DNA from: Kiritimatiellia bacterium | Lineage (GTDB): Bacteria; Verrucomicrobiota; Kiritimatiellia; UBA8416; JBFIFS01 | Direction: 5' to 3' | Length of the DNA stretch: 64,000 nt | NCBI GenBank assembly: GCA_041602695.1 | Contig: JBFIFS010000005.1 | Span: forward strand, 503-64,502 | Part shown: positions 38,343-48,182 of the stretch, piece after piece | Position numbering within the stretch: the first letter of the stretch is position 1 | Layout of the letters: the number at the start of each line of letters is the position of its first letter | Notes under the pieces: model-generated | Told to the model about the DNA's origin: nothing | The model's database searches: none | The model's input: the letters and a program-made list of their open reading frames with translations, nothing else | Position numbers and translations under genes: made by a program

Positions 38343-39308
38343 ATGTCTGAGATCTATCCATATCTACTCACACCCGCCTATAAGGATTACGTCTGGGGAG
38401 GATCCCGGATTCCGAAGCTTTTCGGCCGAGACCTGCCCAGCGGAGTTTACGCAGAGTCCTGGGAAATGTCCGATCGACCGGAGGGTCCCAGCACAATCAG
38501 GAACGGGCCGCTGGCCGGCAAGACCCTCAGGGAAGCGGTCGCACGGCTGGGCAGCGCCGTGACAGGGGCCGGCTCTCCGGGCGGCTCCATGCCTTTACTT
38601 ATAAAGCTCATAGATGCCGCCCAGAACCTCAGTGTGCAGGTTCACCCTCACGACACCAATGCCCACCTGACTGGCGGTGAGCCGAAGACTGAAATGTGGT
38701 ACGTGATAGACGCCGCGGAAGACGCCAGGATTTACGCGGGACTCAAGCCGGGCACTACTCCTGAAATCTTCCACAATGCCATTAACAACAACTCCCTGGA
38801 ACAGGTCCTCAACACCTTCACGCCAGTCAAGGGCGATGTTTTCTTCATCCCGGGCGGGCGTGTTCACGCCATAGGCGCGGGCTGCCTGCTGCTCGAAGTC
38901 CAGCAGAACTCCAACACAACTTATCGAGTCTATGACTGGGGGCGTGTTGATGCGCAAGGCCGATCACGACCGCTCCATATTGACGAAGCCATGAAGGTGA
39001 TAAACTTCAACGATGAAGGCGCCCCCCTCCTGAAGACCGCAACTGAAGGCAATACAACCACGCTTGTGGATACTGAGTGGTTTACGCTGAAGCGTATCGA
39101 CCTGGCAAATTCAGTCTCAATGAAGGGAAGCGGGGCAAGCTTCCACTCCCTCTTTGCTGAAGAGGGATCGTTCAGGATCATCACATCCGGCGAAAAAGTG
39201 GAATGCGAGTTCGGAGAGACATGCCTCCTGCCCGCGGCCGTCACATCGTGGTCACTGGAACCGAAAATCACCGGCACAAAAGTGCTTATTGCATCCGTCC
39301 AGCCGTAA
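38343..39308 (+). CDS. manA: Mannose-6-phosphate isomerase, class I
   Basis: 321 aa with YKDYVWGG, LLIKLIDAAQNLSVQVHPHD, EMWYVIDA, FIPGGRVHAIGAGCLLLEVQQNSNTTYRVYDWGR. Confidence 0.9.
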   Translation: MSEIYPYLLTPAYKDYVWGGSRIPKLFGRDLPSGVYAESWEMSDRPEGPSTIRNGPLAGKTLREAVARLGSAVTGAGSPGGSMPLLIKLIDAAQNLSVQVHPHDTNAHLTGGEPKTEMWYVIDAAEDARIYAGLKPGTTPEIFHNAINNNSLEQVLNTFTPVKGDVFFIPGGRVHAIGAGCLLLEVQQNSNTTYRVYDWGRVDAQGRSRPLHIDEAMKVINFNDEGAPLLKTATEGNTTTLVDTEWFTLKRIDLANSVSMKGSGASFHSLFAEEGSFRIITSGEKVECEFGETCLLPAAVTSWSLEPKITGTKVLIASVQP

Positions 39309-39326
39309 GTCGAACTGGTTTATGGG

Positions 39327-40706
39327 CTATTCCTTGTCTTCTGCAGGTGACACAGGGATCCGGCAGGCGTTGCTTATGGGCATCCATTCAGATCCGGCTT
39401 TCGACTTGTCTCTGATATCCAGCCTCAGCAGAACATGCAGTCCTTCGCCATCCTCGAGGCCCTGGCCGGCCTCTCCGGCCTTTGTGAAGTCAAGGGCCAG
39501 CCGCGTCGCCATCCTTGCGTGAACGAGTTGCGGCGGCGGAACAGGACTTCTTTGCGTGACATCGCTGCCGCCGGCATCTTTGAAGCTGAGGACCGTACTG
39601 TACTCAGAAGCGGGGGACTGAGCCCGGTTAAACAGAAATATAAAAGGAACTACTGTCTTGTTAGCAACGGGCATGGGCTTATACGGAAGGCGAACAGGAA
39701 CCATGTAGCATTCCTCTTTGACGCCTTTAACAGGCTGCAGCGAGCTGAAAGGCTTCATCACCTTCAAGACTGCCTGGTCCTTGGGGCTGATCGGGAACTT
39801 ATTGAAGGAGAAATCGTAGCCTTTGTACTGCTCTTTCATTATGCCGAACATTTTCTCATCCGACTTCTTGACCAGCTCGAAATCGGAATCTTCTTTGCAT
39901 ATCTCCTCTTTTATGGCCCTCAGGTCTTCAACTGACTTATGATATACGGAAACGGCTTTGTACTTATCAAAGAACGCCTCAATCTCGGCAATACAGCCCC
40001 GAATGGTGGTCTCTCGCGCCTTTGCAAATGCCTCCTTCAGCGCCAGCTTTTCCTTTTCGGTCGTCTTGCCCTTAATTGCCTCTATTGCCTCCGCCCTGTA
40101 GGCGCTCAATTCGGCCTTGCTGAACTTCTCCGCATCGCCCCTCGCCAGCAGCGCCGGGAGGTCAAAGCCGAGATACGCAATTTTCATGTCAGCCAAAGCC
40201 TTGTCAACCACGGCATCCTGGCTTCCGGTCTTGTCCTTGAAGCGAATCATGCCTAATGCGGTAGTTGCGCGCTTATACGCGCTCTCGCCCTTGGTGCTCT
40301 GGTTAAACTGCTGGACCACCGCGTCGATCTCTTTGGCAAGTCCAGGATCCACAGGCTTGCCCGCTACGATCCAGTCGCTCTCGATCACATTCAGCTTTCG
40401 CCTGAGTTCGGGGTGTTTGCTCTTAACCGTCTTAATGAGCTCCAGCACCAACCCTATTTTCTGGTCGCTGTACTTAACGCCTCGCTCGAGGTAAGGAATA
40501 ATTCCAATTATATCAGCCACGGGCACGACTTTCTCGCTCTTGCTGCCCGCTGCCACATAATGAACGTTGGCACCTTCAACACGAGTGCTTTCAGCTGATA
40601 TAGCAGCGCCGCTCTTAGCAATTATCAATCCTGGGCCGTCCGTCTGGGCGAAGGCGGACGAGCAGGCGATAAACACCGATACGACCGCTGTTAATGTCTT
40701 CTTCAC
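39327..40706 (-). CDS. Secreted protein of unknown function
   Basis: 459 aa with signal peptide MKKTLTAVVSVFIACSSAFAQ; Lys/Glu-rich helical middle; lower GC than its neighbours by eye; no recognisable motif. Confidence 0.65.
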   Translation of the reverse strand: MKKTLTAVVSVFIACSSAFAQTDGPGLIIAKSGAAISAESTRVEGANVHYVAAGSKSEKVVPVADIIGIIPYLERGVKYSDQKIGLVLELIKTVKSKHPELRRKLNVIESDWIVAGKPVDPGLAKEIDAVVQQFNQSTKGESAYKRATTALGMIRFKDKTGSQDAVVDKALADMKIAYLGFDLPALLARGDAEKFSKAELSAYRAEAIEAIKGKTTEKEKLALKEAFAKARETTIRGCIAEIEAFFDKYKAVSVYHKSVEDLRAIKEEICKEDSDFELVKKSDEKMFGIMKEQYKGYDFSFNKFPISPKDQAVLKVMKPFSSLQPVKGVKEECYMVPVRLPYKPMPVANKTVVPFIFLFNRAQSPASEYSTVLSFKDAGGSDVTQRSPVPPPQLVHARMATRLALDFTKAGEAGQGLEDGEGLHVLLRLDIRDKSKAGSEWMPISNACRIPVSPAEDKE

Positions 40707-40727
40707 AATGCCATCTCCCTCCTTAAG

Positions 40728-41216
40728 CTACATTTCATAGAGAGTTTCATCACGCTCGGGCGGCCTGGCCTTCTTCCTTCCGCCCTTCTGCGCAACGGTA
40801 AAAGCGTCGTCATCACTTTCCATCAGATCACCAAGTTCCTTCTCTATCTGCTCAGGGTCTTCGCCGGATTCGAGGCGCTTCAGGGCCTCTTCCATGCTGC
40901 CGCCAAACTCGACGCCGGTCATGCTGGAAAACTTGCGCATCAGCTCCGCCGCAGCTTTCGGATCATTCTCATCGATACGCTCGGCTTCGCCGGCAAGCTG
41001 GGTCAGGGCGCCTTCCATCCTGCTCTCGTCAAAGGGGAGGTCCTCCATATCACCTGAATCCTTAGCTCCACTGACCGCGGCGAACATCGACACCTGCCTG
41101 CCGAGCTTCCGCTTTTTGCACTTAGGGCACTTCGGAGAGGTCTCCGTGTCAATCCGCTTTGAAAAGAAGTTGAAGATTGTGTGACAGTCGGCACAGTAGA
41201 ATTCGTATATCGGCAT
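40728..41216 (-). CDS. FmdB-family zinc-ribbon protein with acidic C-terminal tail
   Basis: ORF 40728..41249; start trimmed to MPIYEFYCADCHTIFNFF...SPKCPKCKK (the canonical FmdB CxxC...CxxC N-terminus). The ATG at 41216 lies 1 nt after the murG stop. Confidence 0.8.
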   Translation of the reverse strand: MPIYEFYCADCHTIFNFFSKRIDTETSPKCPKCKKRKLGRQVSMFAAVSGAKDSGDMEDLPFDESRMEGALTQLAGEAERIDENDPKAAAELMRKFSSMTGVEFGGSMEEALKRLESGEDPEQIEKELGDLMESDDDAFTVAQKGGRKKARPPERDETLYEM

Positions 41217-41217
41217 G

Positions 41218-42282
41218 CTATTCCCCTTCTTCCTCAACCAGGTCCGCAAGCTTCCCGGCAGCGGCTATCACGGCGCATGACAGCATGCCGTTACTCATGG
41301 TTTTCCGAGTCTCCTCAGAGGAAAGGAGCGACTCCAGGAATTCCGCCCCCTTCTGCGGACCGAAGTCCTGCTGCGCTATGACTTTTGCTCCGCCGCCCAG
41401 AGAATAGTGCCTGGCATTCGCTGACTGATGATCATCTGCCGCTGACGGGAGGGGAACGAAGAGGCTCGGTATTCCAAATACTGCGAGTTCAGCACAAACG
41501 GATGCTCCCGCCCTTGCTATCGCCGCATCCGCCTGCAGATAGACATCTGCCATCTGCTGAACAAACCCAAACACGTCGGCATCTGCAGCGGCTTTCTCAT
41601 AGCGTTTCTTAACATCCTCCTCATGCTGTTCACCGGCAATATGTATGACCTTGATCTCGCGTGTTCCTGCCTTGATCCGTCTCACGGTTTCAGGAACCCA
41701 CTCGTTAAGAAAGCCAGCGCCCTGGCTCCCCCCTATAACCAGCAGGGTAAAACGCTTGGCCGCTGCCCTGCCGGATCCCTTGGCGGCTTCAATCAAATCA
41801 TGCCGCACAGGAAATCCCGTGGCTGTCACCTTCCTGCCTTTGAAAAAAGACTGAGTACTCTCGAAGTTCGACGCTATGGCATCCGCGCTGCCGGCAAGGA
41901 AGCGTACAGCTTTCCCCGGAACAGCGTTGCCTTCGTGGAGTATGACCGGAATCTTGAGCTTCCTGGCGGCCAATACCGGCCCAATCGAGGCATACCCTCC
42001 CATTGCCAGAAGAACATCCGGCTCGAGGGCACGCAGAACGCCTGTACTCAGGAGCCGCGAGCCCATTAGCTTGAAGAGCTTGGCCAGGCCGCCGCTTGAA
42101 GAATAATCAGCCGGCCCCGTTCTTACAGAGGCCCCTTTCCAGCCCTTCAGGGCGAGGGCTTCGACCTCACGGCCGGTCTCGAGGATAGTCACCTCGTGTC
42201 CGCGGGAAGCAAGTTCTTCGCCAACTGCCAACCCCGGAACCACATGCCCTCCGGTACCGCCACATGCGATCGCAACTTTCAT
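41218..42282 (-). CDS. murG: UDP-GlcNAc:lipid I N-acetylglucosaminyltransferase
   Basis: 354 aa with MKVAIACGGTGGHVVPGLAV, GGYASIGPVLAA, LLVIGGSQGA, RAGASVCAELAVFGIPSLFVP. No other dcw-cluster gene is adjacent. Confidence 0.9.
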   Translation of the reverse strand: MKVAIACGGTGGHVVPGLAVGEELASRGHEVTILETGREVEALALKGWKGASVRTGPADYSSSGGLAKLFKLMGSRLLSTGVLRALEPDVLLAMGGYASIGPVLAARKLKIPVILHEGNAVPGKAVRFLAGSADAIASNFESTQSFFKGRKVTATGFPVRHDLIEAAKGSGRAAAKRFTLLVIGGSQGAGFLNEWVPETVRRIKAGTREIKVIHIAGEQHEEDVKKRYEKAAADADVFGFVQQMADVYLQADAAIARAGASVCAELAVFGIPSLFVPLPSAADDHQSANARHYSLGGGAKVIAQQDFGPQKGAEFLESLLSSEETRKTMSNGMLSCAVIAAAGKLADLVEEEGE

Positions 42283-42389
42283 GACAAAGAAAATACACTA
42301 GCACTCCGCTTGTTTCCAGTCATATGGAACGCAAATTGACGCCATGTGTTATGTTGCGATACAGGCACGCACGATGATATGGTGCGGCT

Positions 42390-45140
42390 ATGGCGTTCAC
42401 GATCAGCTCAACCCTGCGGAAATGTGTTCTCTACATGTGCCTGTTCCTGATATGCAGGCCGGAACAGTCCTGTGCAGGCTGGATTGAAAGCCGCGAAGGC
42501 GAAACCATCATACATGTAAAAGTCTGGTCGCTCCCGGACCCGACCCGCACCGACACTGCGACCAGGGCGGCGGCAGAGGTAGTCAAAGAGTTCCAAAAAC
42601 GCTTTCCCCGATTGTTCGAGCAAAGATACCGGAAGAAGTACGAGGCAGATCCCGGCAGATACGGCGCCCATGACTGGAGCAGCGTCCGAGTCGAGCTCCA
42701 CCCCTTCTCCGGCATTACCATCGAAGGCATGAGCATGGATTCACGGCCTCTCATGGCAATTGCGGGCGGCATGGCCCCCGACATACTCTATGTCAATTTC
42801 CGGCAGTCAGATACTTATATCCAGGAGGGCTTTCTTTATCCCCTGGACAAACCGGAGGACAATTATATCGAAAGTCTTTCTGAGGATGAATTCAATTTCT
42901 GGGTTCATCCCAAAGTAATACCCGTAATCCGCAGAAGAGGCCCCAGGTCAAAGGAGCATGTATGGGCCATGCCGCTCGGGGGCGTCCTGGGTAAAGTGTT
43001 CCTGTACCGCAAGGACCTGCTGGACGCCCATGGGGTTCCCCATCCGGACAGCAGCTGGACCTGGAGTGACCTTTATGAGGCATGCCGCAGGATCGCCGAT
43101 CCCGCAAACGGTATTTACGGCATCCAGTTCAGCAGGGGCAGGCATGAGAGCTGGCACTGGGTGACCTACCTGTGGTCTGCCGGCGGCGAAGTGATGTCAT
43201 ATGACGCAGAGAGCGGTCAATGGTCGGCCGTCTTCGACAGTCTTGCTGCGGCGAAAGCGCTCGATTTCTACACCAGGATATGCGCGGAGAAGTGGACGGA
43301 CAGGACCGGGCGCACGCGCTACGGCTACGCGGCCAAAGATGCTTCTGAAAGGGGGCGAAAGTGGGAGCTGGGGCAGATCGCGTTCCGTTCCTCATATATT
43401 GACGAAAAGCTGTTCGCCACGATCAATCCTGAAACCACAGGAATGGTTCCCGTACCAGTCGGCCCGGACGGCCACCGCGGCGCCGAGCTCAACTCGCAAA
43501 TGCAGGGCATATTTGCCGGAGTGAAGGACCCCGTGATAAGGGACGCGGCGTGGGAGTACCTCCGCTTCGGGGGGTCCCGCGACGCAACCGAGATCAGTAC
43601 GCGCGTAATGGTAGAGGGCGGACTGGGCAGGTTCGTAAATCCGCGATACCTGAGGATGTTCGGCTATGACGACATCATCCGTCTGGCGCCCAGGGGATGG
43701 GAAGAATGTTTTGAAACTGCAATCGAAACGGGACGGCCTGAGCCATACGGCAAGAACTGCCAGCTGATTTATGATATGATGACCGTCCCACTGAACCAAG
43801 CCGAGCAAATGGCAATCGAGGGTGACCTTCCGGCAGATGAGACCGCACGCCTGGCCGTCCTGCAGGAACTTCTGGCGAAGGCCGTCAGGGAAACACAGGA
43901 AAAGATGATAGGCGACGTATCGCCTGCAGAACGCATGAAGCGCCGCGCGGCCGCCATAATCCTTCTTGTTGCTGTTGTCGCCGGCTTCGCCCTGCTGTTC
44001 AGGAAAGTCACAGGCGTGTTTAAGCCGAACTCATCAAGCATTGCCGAAAGAACGGTGACCTGGGGGTTTCGCAAATATCGCTGGGGTTACACCCTTCTCC
44101 TTCCGGCTTTGCTGGCCGTTTTGATATGGCAGTACCTGCCCCTGCTTCTGGGGTCAATGATGGCCTTCCAGGACTACAGCATAATGGGCCAACACGCCTG
44201 GGTCGGGCTCGACAACTTCGGCAATGTCCTCTGGGACAGCGAGTGGTGGCAATCCGTATGGAATTCCGTACGCTACAGCCTGCTGGTAGTGTCACTCACG
44301 TTTCTGCCCCCTGTCATCCTCGCTGTGCTGCTGGATGAGGTCCCGAAGGGCAAGATCCTTTTCCGCACGATTTTCTACCTGCCGGCGGTGATGACAGGAC
44401 TGGTTGTCATATATCTATGGAAGTCTTTCTATGAGAAGACCGAATTCGGCGTGCTCAACAGCATAGTACTCGGGATTCCAGCAATAGGATTCATTGCTAT
44501 AGGGGCCCTTTTCCTTCTGGTCCTGTTCGCCTTCGCGAAAAGGCTTCTAACGCATCAGGCGTATCTGGGCGCATCTGTTTGCGCGGCTGCCGGCGTGATC
44601 CTGTTTGGAATCATGTTCAAGCTGGCATGGCCCGTGATCAGCCAGGAAGCGGTACCGCTCCACCAGTCCCTTTTCATGACCATGAAAGAGCCGTACCGCT
44701 GGCTCGAGGATCCCGATACGGCCATGTTCTGCTGCGTGCTTCCCATGGTCTGGGCCGGCATGGGGCCGGGCTGCCTCATATACCTGGCAGCGCTGAAAGG
44801 GGTTTCGCCGGACCTATATGAGGCCGCCGACATTGATGGCGCAACGTTTATTGACAAGATACTGTTTGTTGTCATTCCCACCCTGCGCCCGCTATTGATA
44901 ATACAGTTTGTGGGTGTCTTCATCGCCTCATGGAAAAGCAGCGCCTTCATCCTTGCGATGACCGGCGGATCCAGCGAGACGACGGTTTCCGGCCTTCTGA
45001 TCTTCTACAAAGCCTACATGTTCCTTAAGTTCGGGCCGGCAACCGCAATGGCCTGGATCCTGGGCTTTATGCTGATCGGCTTCACCTTCCATCAACTGCG
45101 CATTCTCTCGCGAGTGGAGTTTAAGACAACGGGCAAGTAA
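42390..45140 (+). CDS. ABC sugar importer: family-1 solute-binding domain fused to a MalF-type permease (916 aa)
   Basis: Signal-like N-terminus, a ~500-aa SBP-like part (..WHWVTYLWSAGGEV.., ..LDFYTRI..), then 6 TM helices with EAA loop EAADIDGATFIDKILFVVIPTLRP. Confidence 0.85.
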   Translation: MAFTISSTLRKCVLYMCLFLICRPEQSCAGWIESREGETIIHVKVWSLPDPTRTDTATRAAAEVVKEFQKRFPRLFEQRYRKKYEADPGRYGAHDWSSVRVELHPFSGITIEGMSMDSRPLMAIAGGMAPDILYVNFRQSDTYIQEGFLYPLDKPEDNYIESLSEDEFNFWVHPKVIPVIRRRGPRSKEHVWAMPLGGVLGKVFLYRKDLLDAHGVPHPDSSWTWSDLYEACRRIADPANGIYGIQFSRGRHESWHWVTYLWSAGGEVMSYDAESGQWSAVFDSLAAAKALDFYTRICAEKWTDRTGRTRYGYAAKDASERGRKWELGQIAFRSSYIDEKLFATINPETTGMVPVPVGPDGHRGAELNSQMQGIFAGVKDPVIRDAAWEYLRFGGSRDATEISTRVMVEGGLGRFVNPRYLRMFGYDDIIRLAPRGWEECFETAIETGRPEPYGKNCQLIYDMMTVPLNQAEQMAIEGDLPADETARLAVLQELLAKAVRETQEKMIGDVSPAERMKRRAAAIILLVAVVAGFALLFRKVTGVFKPNSSSIAERTVTWGFRKYRWGYTLLLPALLAVLIWQYLPLLLGSMMAFQDYSIMGQHAWVGLDNFGNVLWDSEWWQSVWNSVRYSLLVVSLTFLPPVILAVLLDEVPKGKILFRTIFYLPAVMTGLVVIYLWKSFYEKTEFGVLNSIVLGIPAIGFIAIGALFLLVLFAFAKRLLTHQAYLGASVCAAAGVILFGIMFKLAWPVISQEAVPLHQSLFMTMKEPYRWLEDPDTAMFCCVLPMVWAGMGPGCLIYLAALKGVSPDLYEAADIDGATFIDKILFVVIPTLRPLLIIQFVGVFIASWKSSAFILAMTGGSSETTVSGLLIFYKAYMFLKFGPATAMAWILGFMLIGFTFHQLRILSRVEFKTTGK

Positions 45141-45151
45141 CCGAATCGACA

Positions 45152-47056
45152 ATGGCTATTATCTCAAAAATCGGAAGAAAGAGCTTCAGGGTCAGGGCCC
45201 TGCTGGCAGCTGTATATCTTTCACTCATACTGGGTTCCGCCACTATGATCTACCCCTTCCTCTTGATGCTGTCAGGAAGCACCAAAGGCGCGGTCGACAT
45301 AAAGTACTTCAACGCCGTGCCCCGGTTCGTCCGGGATGACGCATGGCTCTACCGTAAACACGTCGAGGCCCTGTTCAACGAGCGGCTCCTTGACTGCAAT
45401 GCCACTTATAACACAGGCCTTTCCTCCTTCGCGGATGCCGAACCACCGGAACCATGCGATGAGCTGCTGAAAGAATGGAAACAGTTCCTCTCTGAATCAG
45501 AGTTGCCAGGTCACTGCTTCACAATTGGGCACCTGCAGTCTGACGTAGCAAGGACCATCCCCATGCATCTAAGGCGGTTTAAAGCATCCCTGCGAACCAA
45601 TTACGGCAAATCTATTGATGCAATTAACGAGGCGCTCGGCACCGAGTTCATTGACTGGACCACAGTAGTCGTGAAATCCCGACTGGTCCTCTCGACACGT
45701 GACGCGGCAAAAGACACGCCGTTCGGACGCGAGCTGGCCGGCTATAAACTTTCGGTACCGCAGGGCATGCGCGTCTATGCGTCACCGGAAGGTTTCTTCC
45801 GAAACGCCTTCATCAAGGCAAGGTATTCGGCGAACATTGATGTATACAACGAAGAGCACGCTACCGATTACAGCTCGTACAGCGAAGTGCGTCTCAGCAG
45901 GACCTGCCCCACCCAGGGAAACGGGCTTGAAAAGTCGGACTGGGAGGATTTCGTGCGTCACACTCTTGCGCCCGTATGGATCACGGCTTCCGAGGGAGCT
46001 GCGCCGGAATATCGCGCGTTCTTAAAGGCCAAGTACCAGTCTGTTGATATCCTTAACAGGTCTTATGGCACGGACCACTCCTCTTTCGGCGAAGCTCCTC
46101 TCCCGCAGGAGGCGCCTCCAGAAGGGCTGCCCCGCACCGACTGGGAGGCATTTGCAGCGGGATGGCACGACCCCGTCAGCGGCCGCACATTCGTGCTGCC
46201 TCTTGACCAAATACGCATCAGCAGCGTCGAAACCGCGTTCCGCGACTGGCTGCAGGCCAAATACCTGTCCGTCGAGCGCCTCGAAGCCGCCACCGGCATC
46301 AGTCACGCTTCCTTTGAGGACATCGTCCCTCCGCAGCAGCAGCTGCACTATGAATGGTTCACAAAGAACCGAAGGGCGCTCCGCAGCGAGTTTCTCACCC
46401 GAAACTACAGGACAGTATTTGAATACCTTGTACTTCACGGCCGGGGCGTCCTGAACACATTCATCTACTGCGCACTGGCTATCCTGTGCGCGCTGATAAT
46501 CAACCCCATGGCCGCCTATGCCATGAGCCGCTATCGTATGCCGTCAACTTACAAGATACTGCTGTTCCTGATGTGTACCATGGCCTTTCCTCCCATGGTA
46601 ACACAGATACCCAATTTCCTAATGCTGAGAAAACTTGGGCTCCTGAATACCTTTGCCGCACTCGTGCTGCCGGGCATGGCCAACGGGTACTCCATCTTCC
46701 TGCTGAAAGGCTTCTTTGACTCTCAGCCGAGGGAACTCTACGAAAGCGCCCAGCTGGATGGCGCCGGCGAATGGACAATCTTCTGGCAAATCACCATGTC
46801 ACTGTCCAAACCTATCCTCGCGGTGATCGCGCTTCAGGCGTTTACACTGGCCTATTCAAACTTCATGTTCGCATTCATAGTCTGCCAGGACCAGAAGATG
46901 TGGACACTGATGGTATGGCTCTACCAGCTGCAGCAGCGAAGCGGCCAGGCGGTGATGTACGCATCACTGATAATAGCAGCACTGCCGACTTTCCTGATAT
47001 TCCTCTTCTGCCAGAAGATCATCATGCGCGGAATAGTTGTGCCGTCAGAAAAATAG
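45152..47056 (+). CDS. ABC sugar importer permease (MalG-type) with a ~370-aa periplasmic insertion after TM1
   Basis: 634 aa. TM1 LLAAVYLSLILGSATMIYPFLLMLSGS, then a long soluble region, then a ~220-aa permease core with EAA loop ESAQLDGAGEWTIFWQITMSLSKP. Confidence 0.85.
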   Translation: MAIISKIGRKSFRVRALLAAVYLSLILGSATMIYPFLLMLSGSTKGAVDIKYFNAVPRFVRDDAWLYRKHVEALFNERLLDCNATYNTGLSSFADAEPPEPCDELLKEWKQFLSESELPGHCFTIGHLQSDVARTIPMHLRRFKASLRTNYGKSIDAINEALGTEFIDWTTVVVKSRLVLSTRDAAKDTPFGRELAGYKLSVPQGMRVYASPEGFFRNAFIKARYSANIDVYNEEHATDYSSYSEVRLSRTCPTQGNGLEKSDWEDFVRHTLAPVWITASEGAAPEYRAFLKAKYQSVDILNRSYGTDHSSFGEAPLPQEAPPEGLPRTDWEAFAAGWHDPVSGRTFVLPLDQIRISSVETAFRDWLQAKYLSVERLEAATGISHASFEDIVPPQQQLHYEWFTKNRRALRSEFLTRNYRTVFEYLVLHGRGVLNTFIYCALAILCALIINPMAAYAMSRYRMPSTYKILLFLMCTMAFPPMVTQIPNFLMLRKLGLLNTFAALVLPGMANGYSIFLLKGFFDSQPRELYESAQLDGAGEWTIFWQITMSLSKPILAVIALQAFTLAYSNFMFAFIVCQDQKMWTLMVWLYQLQQRSGQAVMYASLIIAALPTFLIFLFCQKIIMRGIVVPSEK

Positions 47057-47064
47057 CGCAGCAG

Positions 47065-48177
47065 CTATTGCCGCAGCGCCTGAAGGACACGCTCTTCCAT
47101 TGCTTCCATCTGCTCCACCATTGACCGTGCAAGCGCGAACTGTGCCCGGCAGCGTTCGAGGTTATGCTGCTCGTGAGCGGTCTTGAAATATACATCACCA
47201 TCGAGATGGTCCGCGAGAAACCTGATGCCGCATTCAAAAGTGAGGACCAGCGCGCTCAGCGCCATGCTCTCGAGTTCAGCAGGAACCAGAAACTCGCGCG
47301 CGGATGACAAATACCCTTTTACAAGTGCATCAAAACAATCTATCTGCATCTTTACCTTACGCAGGTCCTTCTCGTCTTCCGCCACCGGGTTTGTCGAACT
47401 CCTGACAAGGTCTCCAAAATCATAGAGCGCCAGTCCCGGCATCATAGTATCAAGATCAATCACGCAAACAGCTTCATGGCTGTCATTATCAATCAGCACG
47501 TTGTTAAGCTTCGTGTCGTTATGAGTCACCCGCAGCGGCATGAGGCCGCTCTCGAACTGACCGAGGAGCGATGACGCCAGCTCGGCGTTATCGAACGCCC
47601 AGTCAATCTCATCCCTGCACCCGACGGCGCGGCCTCTCGCGTCGCGCCTCACCGATGCCTCAAGGGCGAGCAGTCTCTTTGGAGTATTATGAAAATCGGG
47701 AATCGTTTCGTGCAGCGGCCCGCCCGGCAGGTCCACAAGCAGTTTCTGGAACTCGCCAAACGCCTTCGCAGCTTCGAACGCCTGCCGGTGATTCTCGACA
47801 ACATTGAACCCCTTGGCACCTTCGATGAACTTGTATACCCGCCAGCAGCCGCCATCTTCCGACTGATGAAAGGCAGAGCCGTTACGGGTCGGCATCAGCG
47901 TAAGCGATCGTCTTTCCGCGTCCGGCAGCCCCCTCGACCTGGCCTGGGCGTGACTGCAGACGCGCTCGATATTCTCCATTAGGGAAGGAACGTCCTTGAA
48001 AATACCGCTGTTTATTCTCTGCAGCACATAGCGCGCATGTGTGGACCCGCGGTCCACAACGACAGCGTAAGTGTCATTGATGTGCCCGTTGCCGTATGGA
48101 GCCGCGGACACGAAAGCGCCCTCACACTCGAAGCTCTCGTAAACTGCTTCTAGGTTCAGTTCCAACTTGTCAGCCAT
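47065..48177 (-). CDS. APH-fold sugar kinase, N-acetylhexosamine-1-kinase (NahK)-like
   Basis: 370 aa with GNGHINDTY, YVLQRIN, Brenner-type VTHNDTKLNNVLID and VIDLDT. The NahK-like assignment is by motif memory and is not verified. Confidence 0.7.
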   Translation of the reverse strand: MADKLELNLEAVYESFECEGAFVSAAPYGNGHINDTYAVVVDRGSTHARYVLQRINSGIFKDVPSLMENIERVCSHAQARSRGLPDAERRSLTLMPTRNGSAFHQSEDGGCWRVYKFIEGAKGFNVVENHRQAFEAAKAFGEFQKLLVDLPGGPLHETIPDFHNTPKRLLALEASVRRDARGRAVGCRDEIDWAFDNAELASSLLGQFESGLMPLRVTHNDTKLNNVLIDNDSHEAVCVIDLDTMMPGLALYDFGDLVRSSTNPVAEDEKDLRKVKMQIDCFDALVKGYLSSAREFLVPAELESMALSALVLTFECGIRFLADHLDGDVYFKTAHEQHNLERCRAQFALARSMVEQMEAMEERVLQALRQ

Positions 48178-48182
48178 CGGGC

